Notes: a model not told the origin generated them from the sequence alone. Shown: positions 1 through 9,686, numbered from the stretch's first letter. The stretch: 20,000 nucleotides of DNA from an uncultured virus (IMG/VR IMGVR_UViG_3300021400_001516) (IMGVR_UViG_3300021400_001516), one strand, 5' to 3'. Numbers and translations are program-made.

Positions 1-153
1 TCCCTGACTCCAATATACAATATGTGCTTCTAGAGAATCTTTTGTATAACCTAGATATTTATAACAAAATCTTCGAATAGTACATATTTCATATCCTTCA
101 GATTTTAATAGTTCTATTCCAATCTTTTTATCTATATTGAAAGATAACGTCAT
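1..153 (-). CDS. Partial hypothetical protein (runs off window), paralog of 128..622
   Basis: Not in the ORF track. Hand translation from ATG at 153 gives MTLSFNIDKKIGIELLKSEGYEICTIRRFCYKYLG...VYWSQG, open to the window edge, preceded by GAAGGAA and similar to the N-terminus of 128..622. Confidence 0.75.
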   Translation of the reverse strand, partial: MTLSFNIDKKIGIELLKSEGYEICTIRRFCYKYLGYTKDSLEAHIVYWSQG

Positions 154-622
154 TTCCTTCTGGGGATTTAATTTGGTCCTTAAGTTTTCTTAACATCTCA
201 AGTTTAAATCTCTCTTTAAAATAGTATTTATGAGTTTCTAACCAAGAAAGATATTTATGAGTGTAGTAATAATTAATATATGCTCCCTCTCGTACAGGGG
301 ATTGTACTTCAAGACAGGACCAGATAAGTAAATCTGCCTCACAGGCTGATTGATGAAGATCGTGTCCTTTCTCTACTGATGTTTGAATTTTCTTAAAGAA
401 AACTTTTAATCGATTTTCAAGATCAGTCCACTCTTTCTCACTTCCCCAACATACTTTTTTTCTAAGTATTCTTTCTGGAATCATATCTCTTATATATTGT
501 TTGTAGTCGGGAAATAGAGAAAACAGTATTTTTCTAATACTCTTAGTCTGAATTCCGGCTTCCTTCAAAATCTCTTGTCCGTCTATATCGTCTATGCAAA
601 TCTTATAGCTGAACGTTGCCAT
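128..622 (-). CDS. Hypothetical phage protein (164 aa)
   Basis: ORF overlapping both neighbours in a minus-strand operon; no recognisable motif. Confidence 0.75.
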   Translation of the reverse strand: MATFSYKICIDDIDGQEILKEAGIQTKSIRKILFSLFPDYKQYIRDMIPERILRKKVCWGSEKEWTDLENRLKVFFKKIQTSVEKGHDLHQSACEADLLIWSCLEVQSPVREGAYINYYYTHKYLSWLETHKYYFKERFKLEMLRKLKDQIKSPEGNDVIFQYR

Positions 623-1097
623 AATCTCCGTAAAGTAATTGAATTAATAAAAATAACCGTGTTATAGTTTCATCGGCCCCTTTTACTGTACATCTAACCT
701 CTATGCCGTTATAGAGAATTACAGATTCATTATAGAAAGTAAAAGATCCTACAAGTTCTTCTACTTTATCTCGTAAAAAAGGAGTATCGCTTCTTGAAGG
801 GCCTATCCACTCCCCATTAGCAAATTCTAGTAGTTTGAGAATAATAGCCCTGAGATTATATTCTGCCACTTGTCTAAGACGTTTTCCCTTAAACCCCGTA
901 ATGAGGTATGTGGTTTTTGTTTTGAGATAAGTTTCAGTAGTATCTCCAAGATTTTCTAAGAAATCATATGCATCACGCACACTTCTGTTTCCACTTTTCC
1001 AGTAAAACCAGTAAAGTATCTGTAATACAAGTTTTTTAAAAAATAATTTTATCGAATTCATAACACATATAAGGAACTCGAGTGAATAATCCTGCAA
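603..1097 (-). CDS. Hypothetical protein (start uncertain, possibly ATG at 1061)
   Basis: ORF tiles within the operon; hydrophobic/aromatic N-terminal stretch LVLQILYWFYW. Confidence 0.65.
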   Translation of the reverse strand: MQDYSLEFLICVMNSIKLFFKKLVLQILYWFYWKSGNRSVRDAYDFLENLGDTTETYLKTKTTYLITGFKGKRLRQVAEYNLRAIILKLLEFANGEWIGPSRSDTPFLRDKVEELVGSFTFYNESVILYNGIEVRCTVKGADETITRLFLLIQLLYGDYGNVQL

Positions 1098-1107
1098 TAA
1101 AAGTAAC

Positions 1108-1635
1108 TTATGCGGGATAGTATGCTACCGACTCTACTCTTGAGTTTTTAAGAATATCTCGAAGAAGGTCCCAGTGTTGTCCCCCAACTACTTCTAGTCT
1201 TGGTTTATCCTGTTCATTTATTGGGGGATCAGTTATTGTTGGAAATTTTTCTCCAAATGATAATATAAGATCTCTAGTCGGTTCATCTACTTTAAATACT
1301 TCTACGTCCTGTTTAAAGTATTGTCGTATAATCTTATCTAGGTCTTCCATATTAGAAATTCCAGTGATAAGAATTTGATATGAAACTATATGATAGCTCT
1401 CTGTTCTGACGTGATATTTTTCATAGTTTGGATTTTCCCAATTTATTACAAAAATATCTTTTTTATTTGAGAGTTTACTAGTACTATTTGTATAATAGTC
1501 CATAATTTTTGTTCCACATATATCTCCAATAGTTTTAAGGGCAGTAAGTTCATCTGAAATACCCTCCTCTTTAATCATATCTAAAAGTATATTAAAGAGT
1601 TCTTCTATTTTGTTCTTAATTAAAGACCTAGACAT
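1108..1635 (-). CDS. Hypothetical protein, paralog family A
   Basis: Shares DIFVI, ITGISNMEDLDKII and VEVFKV motifs with the two upstream genes. Confidence 0.75.
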   Translation of the reverse strand: MSRSLIKNKIEELFNILLDMIKEEGISDELTALKTIGDICGTKIMDYYTNSTSKLSNKKDIFVINWENPNYEKYHVRTESYHIVSYQILITGISNMEDLDKIIRQYFKQDVEVFKVDEPTRDLILSFGEKFPTITDPPINEQDKPRLEVVGGQHWDLLRDILKNSRVESVAYYPA

Positions 1636-2156
1636 ACTACAGGAATGTAATCTACAAAAGAATGTTCTAATATTTCTGCCACTCTATCCTGGTCCCAAGG
1701 TTCAATTATAATACAGCTTGGGGCTCTATATTCATATTCCGATATAAAATCTCGTAAAGATGAAGTATATTCCTCTCTAACTCTGTATATATTTACTTTA
1801 TCAGTATTATAAAAGTTTCTATAAACTACTTTTTTTATATCTTCTACTGACTGTATTCCCGTTAAGAGACGTCCAGTCTCTACACAAACTCCATCGGGAG
1901 CCCAAACGCAGTCAGGCCTGTTTAGGTTAGAGGTTTGTGGTATTCTAGAAATTACATAAATATCTTGATAACTAAAACGTAAGTTGTATTCTCCCCTAAC
2001 CTTAAGTATTTTCTCCTTACATGCAGATCTGATAGAACTTAATATATCTATTCTAGTATAATCTGTATCTTCGAATACTTCAATTATATCTTCAATACAT
2101 TCAGATATAAGCTTTCGTTTTTTGACAAGTTCCAAAGTAGATTTATCCTCTATCAT
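1620..2156 (-). CDS. Hypothetical protein, paralog family A (start corrected to ATG 2156, MIEDKSTL...)
   Basis: ATG at 2156 forms an ATGA overlap with the upstream stop; motifs DIYVI, LTGIQSVEDIKKVV, VNIYRV. Confidence 0.75.
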   Translation of the reverse strand: MIEDKSTLELVKKRKLISECIEDIIEVFEDTDYTRIDILSSIRSACKEKILKVRGEYNLRFSYQDIYVISRIPQTSNLNRPDCVWAPDGVCVETGRLLTGIQSVEDIKKVVYRNFYNTDKVNIYRVREEYTSSLRDFISEYEYRAPSCIIIEPWDQDRVAEILEHSFVDYIPVVCLGL

Positions 2157-2578
2157 GCTTTTACAGTTAGTATTGGAGTTTTTTCGCAGGTAAGAATTAA
2201 TCCGGATAGCTGTATATCTCCCGGAAATGTATACCAATTTCCTTTAGGATTAGCACCGATTCTTCCTGTTTTCATAGTATCGGCGTCAATTTCATGTTTT
2301 ATCTTCAGTATACCATAATCTCCTGCTCGATCTACTCCCCTCAACACAACTCGTCTAAGTTCTTGAACATCCTCTATACCAGTAATAAAATCTTCGTCTA
2401 ATATTCCTCCCTTAGTTAAATCTTCTATTACAAAGACTTCATCAGGTTTAATGAGGACTAGACTATTGATTTCCTTCTCTAGTAAGTCTATTATTTTGAT
2501 TATGCTTCCAACCTTTTCACTTTCTGTGTAGTGATTCGGAAGTACATCTAATATTGATTCAACAATAGCTTTTTCCAT
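2153..2578 (-). CDS. Hypothetical protein, paralog family A
   Basis: First gene of the leftward operon; motifs EVFVI, ITGIEDVQELRRVV, YGILKI. Confidence 0.75.
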   Translation of the reverse strand: MEKAIVESILDVLPNHYTESEKVGSIIKIIDLLEKEINSLVLIKPDEVFVIEDLTKGGILDEDFITGIEDVQELRRVVLRGVDRAGDYGILKIKHEIDADTMKTGRIGANPKGNWYTFPGDIQLSGLILTCEKTPILTVKA

Positions 2579-2601
2579 TTTATTTTTTTTTTATCTCTAA
2601 G

Positions 2602-2646
2602 TGTAAGGATTTAAAAAGCCTTGAATTCCCCACCAAAGTCTTATAC
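2602..2646. promoter_or_regulatory. Divergent promoter region (CCTTACA on minus strand at 2602-2608; TCTTATA on plus strand at 2639-2645)
   Basis: Matches to the recurrent window motif lie upstream of both divergent operons. Confidence 0.5.
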
Positions 2647-2678
2647 AAAAGAAACAGTAATATAAAGAAAATAATAAT

Positions 2679-4694
2679 ATGAATGAAGAAGTAATTAGAT
2701 ACTTACCGTTTCCCGACAACGTAAGGAAAAGACCCTCTATGTATTTAGGAGGACTAGAAAATGCATCAGTCCCCTTACGAGAGATTTGTGATAATAGTTG
2801 TGATATTATTGCGGAATCTGGAATAGGGGATACGATTTTGGTAAGTAACGACTTTAATGGTTTTTTATTTGTTGCAGATAATTCTTTGGGAATACCAATC
2901 TCAATGAGTATTGATAAACCAGAGATGACTCAAGCTGCTCTTAGTATTCTATCTCTTCATTCCGGTTCAAAGTTTGAGGCAGGCGATACGACAAGAGTAG
3001 GACTTAATGGTGTAGGTTCTGCTGCGGTATCGGCTTGTAGTGAAGTATATTGCCTCTTATCTAAAATCCATGAAGGGAACTACACAGGTTCAACAAAAGA
3101 AGTTTATGATTGTTGGATGAATGCAGGTCCAAGAGATAGGAAAAATCTCTATTACATTGTAGTCTGTGAGAAAGGTATCAAGACTTATGAAGGGGCAGGA
3201 AAATTAAAAGACTTAGAGAAAATGATCTTTAGAGGAATTAAGAATTATATTGAAATTCCAAAAGGGATGAGTACAATAGTCTTGTTTAAACCTGATCCTG
3301 AAATTTTTGAATCAACGCAGGCAGAAATTCCAGAAAAAAATCTTCAGTATTACTTATTAATACAGGAAAAGTTTTATGGAAGAAAAGTAAATGTGGTAGT
3401 AGATGGGGGAAAACTTGGAAATTCTATGACACCTTATAAGTTCGAGGTACTTAGAACTATTATTCCAAAAGATACTTCAATGAATAAACAGGTTGGAGTA
3501 TATTTGACCTTTGAGGTAGATCCTTCACTTGGACCTAAGGTTGAAACGGGATCAGTGAATGGACTCGATACTAATAGAGGACAACATATAACTATTGCAG
3601 AGAGTGTTCTTAAGACAGCATTAAAAGATTATTATAAAATTAAACATGACTGTCTTTTGAATGGAATGCAATTTAGGATGGTTGTTTTAGCAAATGAATG
3701 TCAGTTTAATAGTCAGACGAAAGAAAATCTTAAGGCTATTTCAAAAGTAAAATTGACAGACTTTGCTCCTTTAGTGAAGGATATTGAAAAAATTTTTAAG
3801 AAGAATCCGGAGTATTGGGACTTAGTAGTAGAAAAGCTTAATCAATTAGCTGACTCTATGAAGTCTATTGGGGCTATGGATAAAGCTGCAAGAATGATGG
3901 ATTCTCTTAGTGGAGTTGCACAGTATAGAGCAAAAGCCGATTATCCAAAAACTTTTGCTGATGCGACTGGAAAGAATAGAGTCGACTGTGAATTATTTTT
4001 AGTTGAGGGTAATTCAGCACAAGGATCTCTGGTGATGGGAAGACCTGATACTAAAACTCATGCTATTTTAGGTTTGAGGGGTAAGATCTTAAATGTAACC
4101 GATAAAGGTGTAGATCGAGCACTTGAATCTAAAGTTATTGGGGATATATTTAATATTATAGGTCTTGGTCTTGATATTAATTGGGTTGGAAGTAATGCAT
4201 CTTCTTTTGATGAGGAGCATGAAATAATAATGAAGAAAACAAGATACGGAAAAGTAATTATTGCGACAGATGCAGATCCTGATGGATCTCAGATCTGTAA
4301 TGAAATTATGTATCTATTTTCGAAATTTGCACGATTCCTAATTGATCATGGAATGGTGTATAGAGCACTATCTCCGTTATTTAGAGGAATTAGTAAGACG
4401 ACTGGAAAAGTAACTTATTATTATCCTGACGACCCGATTGATCCTTCCACACAGTTTCCGATAGATCTTGATACAAAGAAGCACTACGATAGGTGGAAAG
4501 GACTTGCATCGCTATCGCCAGAAACAGGAGAAGTTTACGATGCATTCTTTAATCCAGCAACAAGGAGATTAGTACAGATAACTCCTGATGGCTTGGATTA
4601 TGGAAGACAGCTTAATGAAGATATTAACGAGAGAAAGAAATTATTGTTTAATCAGGGAATTCTTAGTAATCCCTATAACTTTACAGATCTCTAA
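2679..4694 (+). CDS. gyrB: Type IIA DNA topoisomerase ATPase/TOPRIM subunit (GyrB/ParE-like)
   Basis: GHKL motifs VRKRPSMYLG, LREICDNSCD, ADNSLGIP, LHSGSKF, GLNGVG; TOPRIM motifs LFLVEGNSA, LRGKILNV, IATDADPDG; RWKGL. Confidence 0.95.
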   Translation: MNEEVIRYLPFPDNVRKRPSMYLGGLENASVPLREICDNSCDIIAESGIGDTILVSNDFNGFLFVADNSLGIPISMSIDKPEMTQAALSILSLHSGSKFEAGDTTRVGLNGVGSAAVSACSEVYCLLSKIHEGNYTGSTKEVYDCWMNAGPRDRKNLYYIVVCEKGIKTYEGAGKLKDLEKMIFRGIKNYIEIPKGMSTIVLFKPDPEIFESTQAEIPEKNLQYYLLIQEKFYGRKVNVVVDGGKLGNSMTPYKFEVLRTIIPKDTSMNKQVGVYLTFEVDPSLGPKVETGSVNGLDTNRGQHITIAESVLKTALKDYYKIKHDCLLNGMQFRMVVLANECQFNSQTKENLKAISKVKLTDFAPLVKDIEKIFKKNPEYWDLVVEKLNQLADSMKSIGAMDKAARMMDSLSGVAQYRAKADYPKTFADATGKNRVDCELFLVEGNSAQGSLVMGRPDTKTHAILGLRGKILNVTDKGVDRALESKVIGDIFNIIGLGLDINWVGSNASSFDEEHEIIMKKTRYGKVIIATDADPDGSQICNEIMYLFSKFARFLIDHGMVYRALSPLFRGISKTTGKVTYYYPDDPIDPSTQFPIDLDTKKHYDRWKGLASLSPETGEVYDAFFNPATRRLVQITPDGLDYGRQLNEDINERKKLLFNQGILSNPYNFTDL

Positions 4695-6031
4695 TGGGAA
4701 GAAAAAAGAAAGTAGAGGAGAACTTACCCGAATTTAGACAGATAGAAGTTCTTCCGATAGGACAAGCAACAGAAGAAGCAATTCTTGATGCAGCTGGGTA
4801 TATTGATAATCATAGAGTACTTGCAAGTGTTTATGATGGATGTAAACCGTCGTATCGAAGATTAATTTGGTCTGGACTTCAATTTCCGAAAGGTAAGATG
4901 CAGCCCAGTGTTCAGATAGTAAGCACTGTATCCAACTACCATCCACATTCGACGGACTCAATGAAATTCTTATTGGGTTCTATGGTTAAAAGTGGAATCT
5001 TCAGTGGAGCAGGCGCTTTCGGTATGACTTCTATTCTTGGAGATACAAAAGAACCGGGTGCATTGAGATATACTAAGTCTTGTTTATCAGACTTATATTA
5101 TGATGCCCTAATGCCGCTTCTTCAGTGTGTCCCTAGAGTAGAATCTCCTGTAGGACCTGAAGAAATTCCTTACATACCTTTGCCTTTCCCCCTGGCATTA
5201 AGTTTTAAAGGACTTGTCAGCGGAATTGGCCTTGGGATTAGTACGGTGTATCCAAACTTTTCACCAAAGTCACTGTATCTGGCTTATGTGAACGATGACC
5301 CAAATCTCTTGGAACCTAATGTAAATTTGATTCTGGATAAACAAAATTCAGAACTTAAAAAACTTTGGGAGACGGGGAAAGGAAGAGTTATTTATTCATA
5401 TAAACTATCAAAACATACAGCAGAGGATGGAAAACAGGGATATCTGTTTGAAGGAGATACTGAAATCTTTACTCCATCCTTGAGGAGAATTAATAAATAT
5501 GTAGAGTCCGGTCATGTATTTATTGAAGACTTAACTGATATTCATGGACCTAAAATGTTTGTAGGTCTTGTTAATGGTAGGGGATTTAGTCTTCAAGATT
5601 TAGAGACTTTATGTAGACAGTGTTGTTATGATTCAACTGTTTACACTCTTAATGTGACGGATGGAAAGACGGCTTTTAGGATTCCTCTCAAAGATTGGTT
5701 AGATTTTACTTATAAAAATTACATTGATCTCCTACAACAAGTCAATGTAAGGAAGATAGATAAAGTGAAATTTGATATATCGGTTCAAGAAGCTTTACCT
5801 ATTATAGCAGATTATATACTCAATAAAAATCCAAAAGCGACAGACAAAGAGATCTGTAATGTCTTTGGAATGCCTGAAGAAATTGTTGAGGCCGTCATGA
5901 GTAAACCTATCAGTCAACTTAGAAAAAATAAAGATAATTCAGCAAGGATTAAAGCTTTGAAAGATAAACTAAAGGAATTGAAAAAATTTAATCCTGTAAC
6001 TTATGTAGAAGAACTTGTAGGAAAATTATGA
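4694..6031 (+). CDS. gyrA: Type IIA DNA topoisomerase breakage-reunion subunit (GyrA/ParC-like, no C-terminal pinwheel)
   Basis: DGCKPSYRR, YHPHS and catalytic ALRYT; TAATG overlap with the B subunit; only 445 aa. Confidence 0.92.
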   Translation: MGRKKKVEENLPEFRQIEVLPIGQATEEAILDAAGYIDNHRVLASVYDGCKPSYRRLIWSGLQFPKGKMQPSVQIVSTVSNYHPHSTDSMKFLLGSMVKSGIFSGAGAFGMTSILGDTKEPGALRYTKSCLSDLYYDALMPLLQCVPRVESPVGPEEIPYIPLPFPLALSFKGLVSGIGLGISTVYPNFSPKSLYLAYVNDDPNLLEPNVNLILDKQNSELKKLWETGKGRVIYSYKLSKHTAEDGKQGYLFEGDTEIFTPSLRRINKYVESGHVFIEDLTDIHGPKMFVGLVNGRGFSLQDLETLCRQCCYDSTVYTLNVTDGKTAFRIPLKDWLDFTYKNYIDLLQQVNVRKIDKVKFDISVQEALPIIADYILNKNPKATDKEICNVFGMPEEIVEAVMSKPISQLRKNKDNSARIKALKDKLKELKKFNPVTYVEELVGKL

Positions 6032-6315
6032 AATATTATAGAATATTAAACCCAGCAGATCTAAACTCTGAGGAAGAAGATGATTCTGTTTTCCTTGGGT
6101 GGAAAGAGATAATTAATCCATGTTTAGAATTTTTAATAGAGGAAAATATAGATTTCCTCTATTATTTATTGATAAACTTACCCTTTGTGGAAGAGGATGG
6201 AAAAATTGCAGAAAAAACCGTCTTAATGGCGCAACCTGTCTCAGAATTAGAGTTTTGTAATAGTGATATTCAAATCTCAATCTCAGATGATCTTAAAATT
6301 TGTTATGACTTATGA
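6028..6315 (+). CDS. Hypothetical acidic protein (95 aa)
   Basis: ATGA overlaps on both sides. Confidence 0.7.
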   Translation: MKYYRILNPADLNSEEEDDSVFLGWKEIINPCLEFLIEENIDFLYYLLINLPFVEEDGKIAEKTVLMAQPVSELEFCNSDIQISISDDLKICYDL

Positions 6316-6875
6316 TAAAACAATGGGTATCTGAAAATGGGATTGATTCTTTTCTGGAGGCAGCTTATCTTGGTATTCCAGTATCTGCAAGGGGAGAAGA
6401 ACGTTTTATTTATGTAAACCCCACTGCATATCACTATCTTCATGGAAATGTTGTGATAATAAGTAATCCCGACTACCCCAAAGAGAGGATTGAGTGGCTC
6501 CTAAAAGAAGAGATCAAAGTTATCTTCAGGAACGTTAATGAATTTTCTAAGCCCGATCCCTATATTCTTAGAATAGAATTTGGGGTAATGTGGAATGGAG
6601 ATGTATTAAAGTGTCCAGAAGGTTTATCTTTTTCTGAGGTATTGGAGTTTCTCAAGAAATGCTGTGAGGTAGATCCGGTTGATACTGGAATCCCGATGAG
6701 AGTATTCCTCCCCAAGATTTATGAGATTCCGAAAAATTATCTCTTAGATTCTGATGGGAACTTAACTATCTTAGGTTGGGCGATGCATCAGGTGGGAATT
6801 AATATGGGAAGTCAATTTCCTTATCAAGATTTAGATCTATATAAAACAGGAAAAATGCTTCCATTCCCCCAGTAA
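6312..6875 (+). CDS. Hypothetical protein (187 aa)
   Basis: ATGA-coupled ORF in the topoisomerase operon. Confidence 0.75.
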   Translation: MIKQWVSENGIDSFLEAAYLGIPVSARGEERFIYVNPTAYHYLHGNVVIISNPDYPKERIEWLLKEEIKVIFRNVNEFSKPDPYILRIEFGVMWNGDVLKCPEGLSFSEVLEFLKKCCEVDPVDTGIPMRVFLPKIYEIPKNYLLDSDGNLTILGWAMHQVGINMGSQFPYQDLDLYKTGKMLPFPQ

Positions 6876-6914
6876 TTCCTTAAATAAGAATAAGCGTATA
6901 TAAAAGCGTGAAAT

Positions 6915-7037
6915 TCTTATAAATACAAAAACAACTTTCTGGTGTGTGAAAGTTCTATATATATTTACACAATTTTATAAATTTTAAATAATTTTATTTT
7001 AATTTAATTTCAATTTTATTAATTTTTAGATTTTATT
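6915..7037 (+). promoter_or_regulatory. Promoter motif (TCTTATAAATA), H-type pseudoknot and U-rich leader: candidate translational operator
   Basis: Stem 1 AACTTTC 6933-6939 / GAAAGTT 6948-6954; loop TGTGT 6943-6947 pairs with ACACA 6967-6971; then about 65 nt almost purely A/T up to the ATG. Confidence 0.6.
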
Positions 7038-8321
7038 ATGTATACAGTTGATTCATTTTTAGAAAAACTTAGTTCAATTTCTCCCAGTACAAAGAAAAGA
7101 AATTTTGAGAGTAAGAAACTAATTCAAAGAGTTTACTGTAATTTCAAGGGAAATTTTGGAAAATATCAGATCCTTCCCTTCCCTAGTGCAATTACTAACT
7201 ATCCCTTTGTAGTTCTTGAGAATACAAGAGAGATCAATATTCCAAGAAAAAATATTGCAGCTGATGGTACAGTTTCGCAGTACAATGCTTGGATTAAGAT
7301 ACTTCCTGTATCTGCTTATCAGGTAAAAGATCCTTCAAGTGGTCGTGTGACTAATAGTCTTACGGCAGAGGAGGAAGCTCAGCTTAAACAAGTTTATGCT
7401 GTTTGGGAAGAGCTTTACAAAGAGGTAGATGGTAAGAATAACACGATCGATCCGGTAATCAGTAAGTTGATTCGTAGAAAGAATTATACGATTTTCCATG
7501 GATATTGTGTTAATATGTTCGAAGAAGGGGATCCTAGAAAAGCTGCTAGGCAGAATTTCAGCGCACTTTTCATTATGACCGCGAAGAATTTTGTTGACAT
7601 TGTAAGTAACAATATTGTTGACAATAACATTATGAACGGTAATAACCCCGGTTGGCTGAATGACATCTATAGTTCAGACCTTACCGGAAGAAAGGGTTTC
7701 ATGATGATGTCAGTATCTCAGAATGTAGGAGGTCCTGGTTTCAATATCTCGGTAAATCATGTTTTAAATGATACTTTCCTTCAGGGCGTAACGATTCCTG
7801 AGGAGGAAGCAGCTGAGATGCAGAACCCAGTGGAGACTTTTCTGGGATGGCAGGCACGTACAGAAGATGCTGATGTTCCTACAGAGGAAAGAAGACTGTA
7901 TAATGCTAAGATCATGCAGGAGGCAATCGATTATATGACTGATCTTCTTGCTCGAATTAGAATGGGTAAGCAGAATAACACTAGTATCCAGGAGGCTATT
8001 AGTGCTACTACTAAGTTGTTGATGGAAAATCAACAGCCCACCGATACGAGAGGAAATCAGTTTAATGATCCTGTCTTAGCAGACTTGGCTGAGAAACAGC
8101 AGCCGGCAGCAGGTTATGGATTTGCTAATGTACCTAATAATCCCGAACAAGTTCAAGAGAAGAACTTTAGTTCGGATCCCTTTAGCAATCCCGCAGTAAG
8201 CCATCAAGATCCTATTACGGGATCTCCGGTAGCGGCAGAGCCTACAAGAGAGGTACCTTTCAATAGGCCTTCATTTGCAGGTGGTACTGATTCTGGATTT
8301 CCATTTTCCAGTAATAAGTAA
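7038..8321 (+). CDS. Probable single-stranded DNA-binding protein (gp32-like)
   Basis: N-terminal GKYQILPFP resembles the gp32-type strand motif; long low-complexity P/Q/N/acidic tail ending DSGFPFSSNK; own promoter motif and terminator; replication context. The function is inferred. Confidence 0.55.
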   Translation: MYTVDSFLEKLSSISPSTKKRNFESKKLIQRVYCNFKGNFGKYQILPFPSAITNYPFVVLENTREINIPRKNIAADGTVSQYNAWIKILPVSAYQVKDPSSGRVTNSLTAEEEAQLKQVYAVWEELYKEVDGKNNTIDPVISKLIRRKNYTIFHGYCVNMFEEGDPRKAARQNFSALFIMTAKNFVDIVSNNIVDNNIMNGNNPGWLNDIYSSDLTGRKGFMMMSVSQNVGGPGFNISVNHVLNDTFLQGVTIPEEEAAEMQNPVETFLGWQARTEDADVPTEERRLYNAKIMQEAIDYMTDLLARIRMGKQNNTSIQEAISATTKLLMENQQPTDTRGNQFNDPVLADLAEKQQPAAGYGFANVPNNPEQVQEKNFSSDPFSNPAVSHQDPITGSPVAAEPTREVPFNRPSFAGGTDSGFPFSSNK

Positions 8322-8349
8322 TAGAATTTAGTTAGTTAATAAGAATTTG

Positions 8350-8398
8350 GACGAGGGAGTAATTTTTGGAATATAGAATCTACTCCCTCATCTTTTTT
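8350..8398 (+). terminator. Rho-independent terminator
   Basis: GAGGGAGTA 8353-8361 / TACTCCCTC 8381-8389 followed by T6. Confidence 0.7.
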
Positions 8399-8405
8399 AC
8401 AAAGA

Positions 8406-9467
8406 ATGATTGAAAATAAATTTAAGTATGCTATAATAGATCTTAGCATGCTTCTTTATAGGAATAGCTGGGTTGTTAGTAAAGGAAAAAACCCAGGTGA
8501 GTATTCTGCTGGTGAAATAATTCAGATGACAATATGGTCCCTGAATAAATTCGCTAGAGATTACGGAATTACGGCAGATAAATTTGTTTTTGCCGTAGAT
8601 AAATGGGATCCTGCTTGGAATGGATACTATACTACTTATCTTCTTGGTGGAGCTTATAAAGACTCTAGAGGAGATATTGAAAGTGCAAAGGGGAAAGCAG
8701 ATCCCCTCAGTACTTATATGACTCGAGAAAAATTCGAAGAACTTAAAAAAGATCCTTCAATTACTTCCGAGATCTTAGAAGAGGCAGAGAAGAAAGTATA
8801 TTTTAATGAAACAAAGCAGTCTGCAAAGTTCGCATTAATGTACGAGATGGGAAAGTTTGGTGTTCCGTCAATATTTCTTCCAGGATATGAAGCTGATAAT
8901 CTTATGTATCTCGCCTCCATGCTTTTATATGATCCAGCGGATAAACCGAGTGTGATGATTACTAAGGACTCAGATATTAGTTATTGTACTTCTCCAAAGA
9001 TGTTACAATTCAAGATGCCCGTAGGAAAATCAGAACCAAAGTTTATTACATACGAAGAGATGTATTCAGAGATGCCACAAGAAATAAAAGATATGGGTAT
9101 TTCTCTTTATCAATACAAAGCTTTTTTGGATTCTATGGGAGCCGAAGGTCATAATGGAATGAGAAAATCCGTTAAGGATAGAGTTAATGCAGTAGAGGCT
9201 ATTCAACATATCATGAACGGAGATTATTCAGACCTAGAAGATTATGATCTTTTTGCAAGACAGATGGAAACTTTTGATATTTCTAAGTATCCGAGATTTG
9301 AAGAAGCTAAGAGACAGATTCTTGATATTCTTCCGACTACAGGTAACTTAGGAACTCTTCAGGATTTCCATAAATTCTGTGATAAATACGGTATTACTAA
9401 AGTGAGTGATCGATATTACACAGAATTCATTAGTAGGTTTGATCCTACGTTATATTGTGGTCGTTAA
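8406..9467 (+). CDS. 5'-3' exonuclease / flap endonuclease (PIN fold, T4 RNase H / Pol I N-terminal-like)
   Basis: Acidic active-site motifs IIDLSMLLYR, YKDSR, GYEADN, ITKDSD. Confidence 0.85.
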   Translation: MIENKFKYAIIDLSMLLYRNSWVVSKGKNPGEYSAGEIIQMTIWSLNKFARDYGITADKFVFAVDKWDPAWNGYYTTYLLGGAYKDSRGDIESAKGKADPLSTYMTREKFEELKKDPSITSEILEEAEKKVYFNETKQSAKFALMYEMGKFGVPSIFLPGYEADNLMYLASMLLYDPADKPSVMITKDSDISYCTSPKMLQFKMPVGKSEPKFITYEEMYSEMPQEIKDMGISLYQYKAFLDSMGAEGHNGMRKSVKDRVNAVEAIQHIMNGDYSDLEDYDLFARQMETFDISKYPRFEEAKRQILDILPTTGNLGTLQDFHKFCDKYGITKVSDRYYTEFISRFDPTLYCGR

Positions 9468-9468
9468 T

Positions 9469-9681
9469 ATGGAAGAATTCGTAAGTGGAAAAGATTACTA
9501 TCAATTTGACCCAGAAAAGGAAAGAATTTATAAGAACAATACCCTCCTTCCCTCTTATGAAGTAGAGCCTGTCTATGATGGGGGAGGAGGATTTGTAGGA
9601 ATTCACTATAAAGGGTCTAGTAATTTAATTACTAAATCTGGAAAAGTGATTGTCTTAACTTCTGATGCAGAAATTAGTTAA
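9469..9681 (+). CDS. Small hypothetical protein (start corrected to ATG 9469, MEEFVSGK...)
   Basis: ATG lies 1 nt after the upstream TAA; 70 aa. Confidence 0.65.
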   Translation: MEEFVSGKDYYQFDPEKERIYKNNTLLPSYEVEPVYDGGGGFVGIHYKGSSNLITKSGKVIVLTSDAEIS

Positions 9682-9686
9682 ACATC

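Noticed and set aside
6960..7037. Replication origin at the A/T-rich tract
   Set aside because: No iterons, and the strand-biased U-richness ending exactly at a start codon fits a translational leader better.
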